NCBI RefSeq assembly: GCF_000315625.1
Contig: NW_005434499.1
Location: 1-48,595, forward strand
Length of the DNA: 48,595 nt
Direction of reading: 5' to 3'
Source of the DNA: Guillardia theta CCMP2712
Taxonomy: Eukaryota > Protista > Cryptophyta
Made by a program: the position numbers and the translations under genes. Shown one piece after another: positions 47,680 to 48,595 of the stretch. Within the stretch, counting starts at the first letter, position 1. Every line of letters begins with the position of its first letter. The notes beneath the pieces are model-generated. The model searched no databases, was not told where the DNA came from, and saw nothing but the letters and a program-made list of their open reading frames with translations.

Positions 47680-48440
47680 TCACCTGCTGGCTGAGATCGA
47701 GGGAGTTTACGTGGGTAAGCATGGAGTGAGCTGTGGCGGCGATGAAAGACTTGAGGGCTCTGCAATGGCAATCAGAAGAGAGGACGACGATGGCAGGAGG
47801 CAGGAGGCAGGAGGCAGGAGAGAGGAACGAGGGAGAACGAGAGAGGAGAAAGGTAGGCAGGGGCATTAGAGGGAGGAAGGGAAGCAGGGGGGGAGGGGAA
47901 GGGAAGGGGAAGGGGAAGGGAGGGGTTCACGAGCTCACATAATCCTCTTGTCATGAGCATCTTGCAAGTTAAGGAGGAGAAGTCTCTTCTGCTGGAAGAA
48001 TTTTCTCCGCTGAGGATTAACAGGTCAGAAGCAGAAAGAGGGTCAGGTCGGGAGCAGGAGCAGGAGAAGGAGCAGAGGGCAGAGAAAGAGGAGGCGACAG
48101 CAGCAGCGGCATCGAAGGGGGTTCAAGGGTAGAGGGGAAGGGAGAGAACGAGGGAGAGAGGAGGGAAAAGATGAATCGCAAACATCACCTCCTCTTCGAG
48201 CTCGTTCTATAAAAGAAAAAATCAGAAGCAAGAAAACAAGGAGAAGCGAAGGAGAATGAGAAAGGTGGAGTGAACGAGAAGAATTGGGTAGAGGAAGAAG
48301 TGGTGGGAAAGGAGGAGGAGGAGGAGGAGGAGCAGCAGCAGCAGCAGCAGCACAGGCAAGGGATTTAACCTGAGCTTTGATCTCGTCTCTTCGTTTCTCC
48401 TGCTCAAGTTCCTCAATCGCCTCCATCAGCTCCGCGATCT
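46521..48440 (-). CDS. Hypothetical protein, 3' part of a multi-exon gene entering from the right edge
   Basis: Short GT-AG-bounded exons between low-complexity introns (IAELMEAIEELEQEKRRDEIKAQ; RRKFFQQKRLLLLNLQDAHDKRI; DHQQDSLFKTAVNGGPNTPSPR). Confidence 0.45.
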
Positions 48441-48595
48441 GCAAGCCCGAACGAGTCAAGAGCCCAGTAGCCCTTCACCCCCACCTCCTAATCCCTTACC
48501 CCCTTCCCCATCCCCACCCTCACCCCTCGCACCTTCCTCCTCCTTCCTCCCGTCCCCTCTCCCCTCCCTTCCTGCACGACCACCACCAACCACCC

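Overview
Eukaryotic nuclear DNA, most likely from a cryptophyte alga (Guillardia-like). This is inferred from very short GT-AG introns, CTGAC/TTGAC branch-like motifs, intronic purine/pyrimidine microsatellites, an RWP-RK factor and a bipartite '...SAF' plastid leader. About 17 mostly spliced genes and four assembly gaps are present. Recognisable products are an RWP-RK transcription factor, a tandem-USP protein, an RluA-family pseudouridine synthase, serine palmitoyltransferase LCB1, plastid IspD, NRAMP, a CCX-type cation/Ca2+ exchanger, an HSPA13/STCH-like Hsp70, a Dabb stress barrel protein, a type II DnaJ and a CCCH/methyltransferase-like protein. The main finding is that five apparently separate ORFs at 2.6-7.0 kb splice by hand into one 13-exon, ~1242-aa protein. 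Its order is: type II membrane anchor, coiled coil, 53 uninterrupted Gly-X-Y collagen triplets, an unrecognised 12-Cys domain, a bulb-type (GNA) mannose lectin, three H-type lectin repeats, and a second copy of the 12-Cys domain. This is a collectin/scavenger-receptor-like architecture in a unicellular alga. Other oddities include a ~0.9 kb degenerate inverted duplication, three palindrome-rich GC islands sharing a word vocabulary, and ubiquitin-like RxRGG motifs ending two leader peptides. Exon coordinates were worked out by eye and need RNA-seq confirmation.
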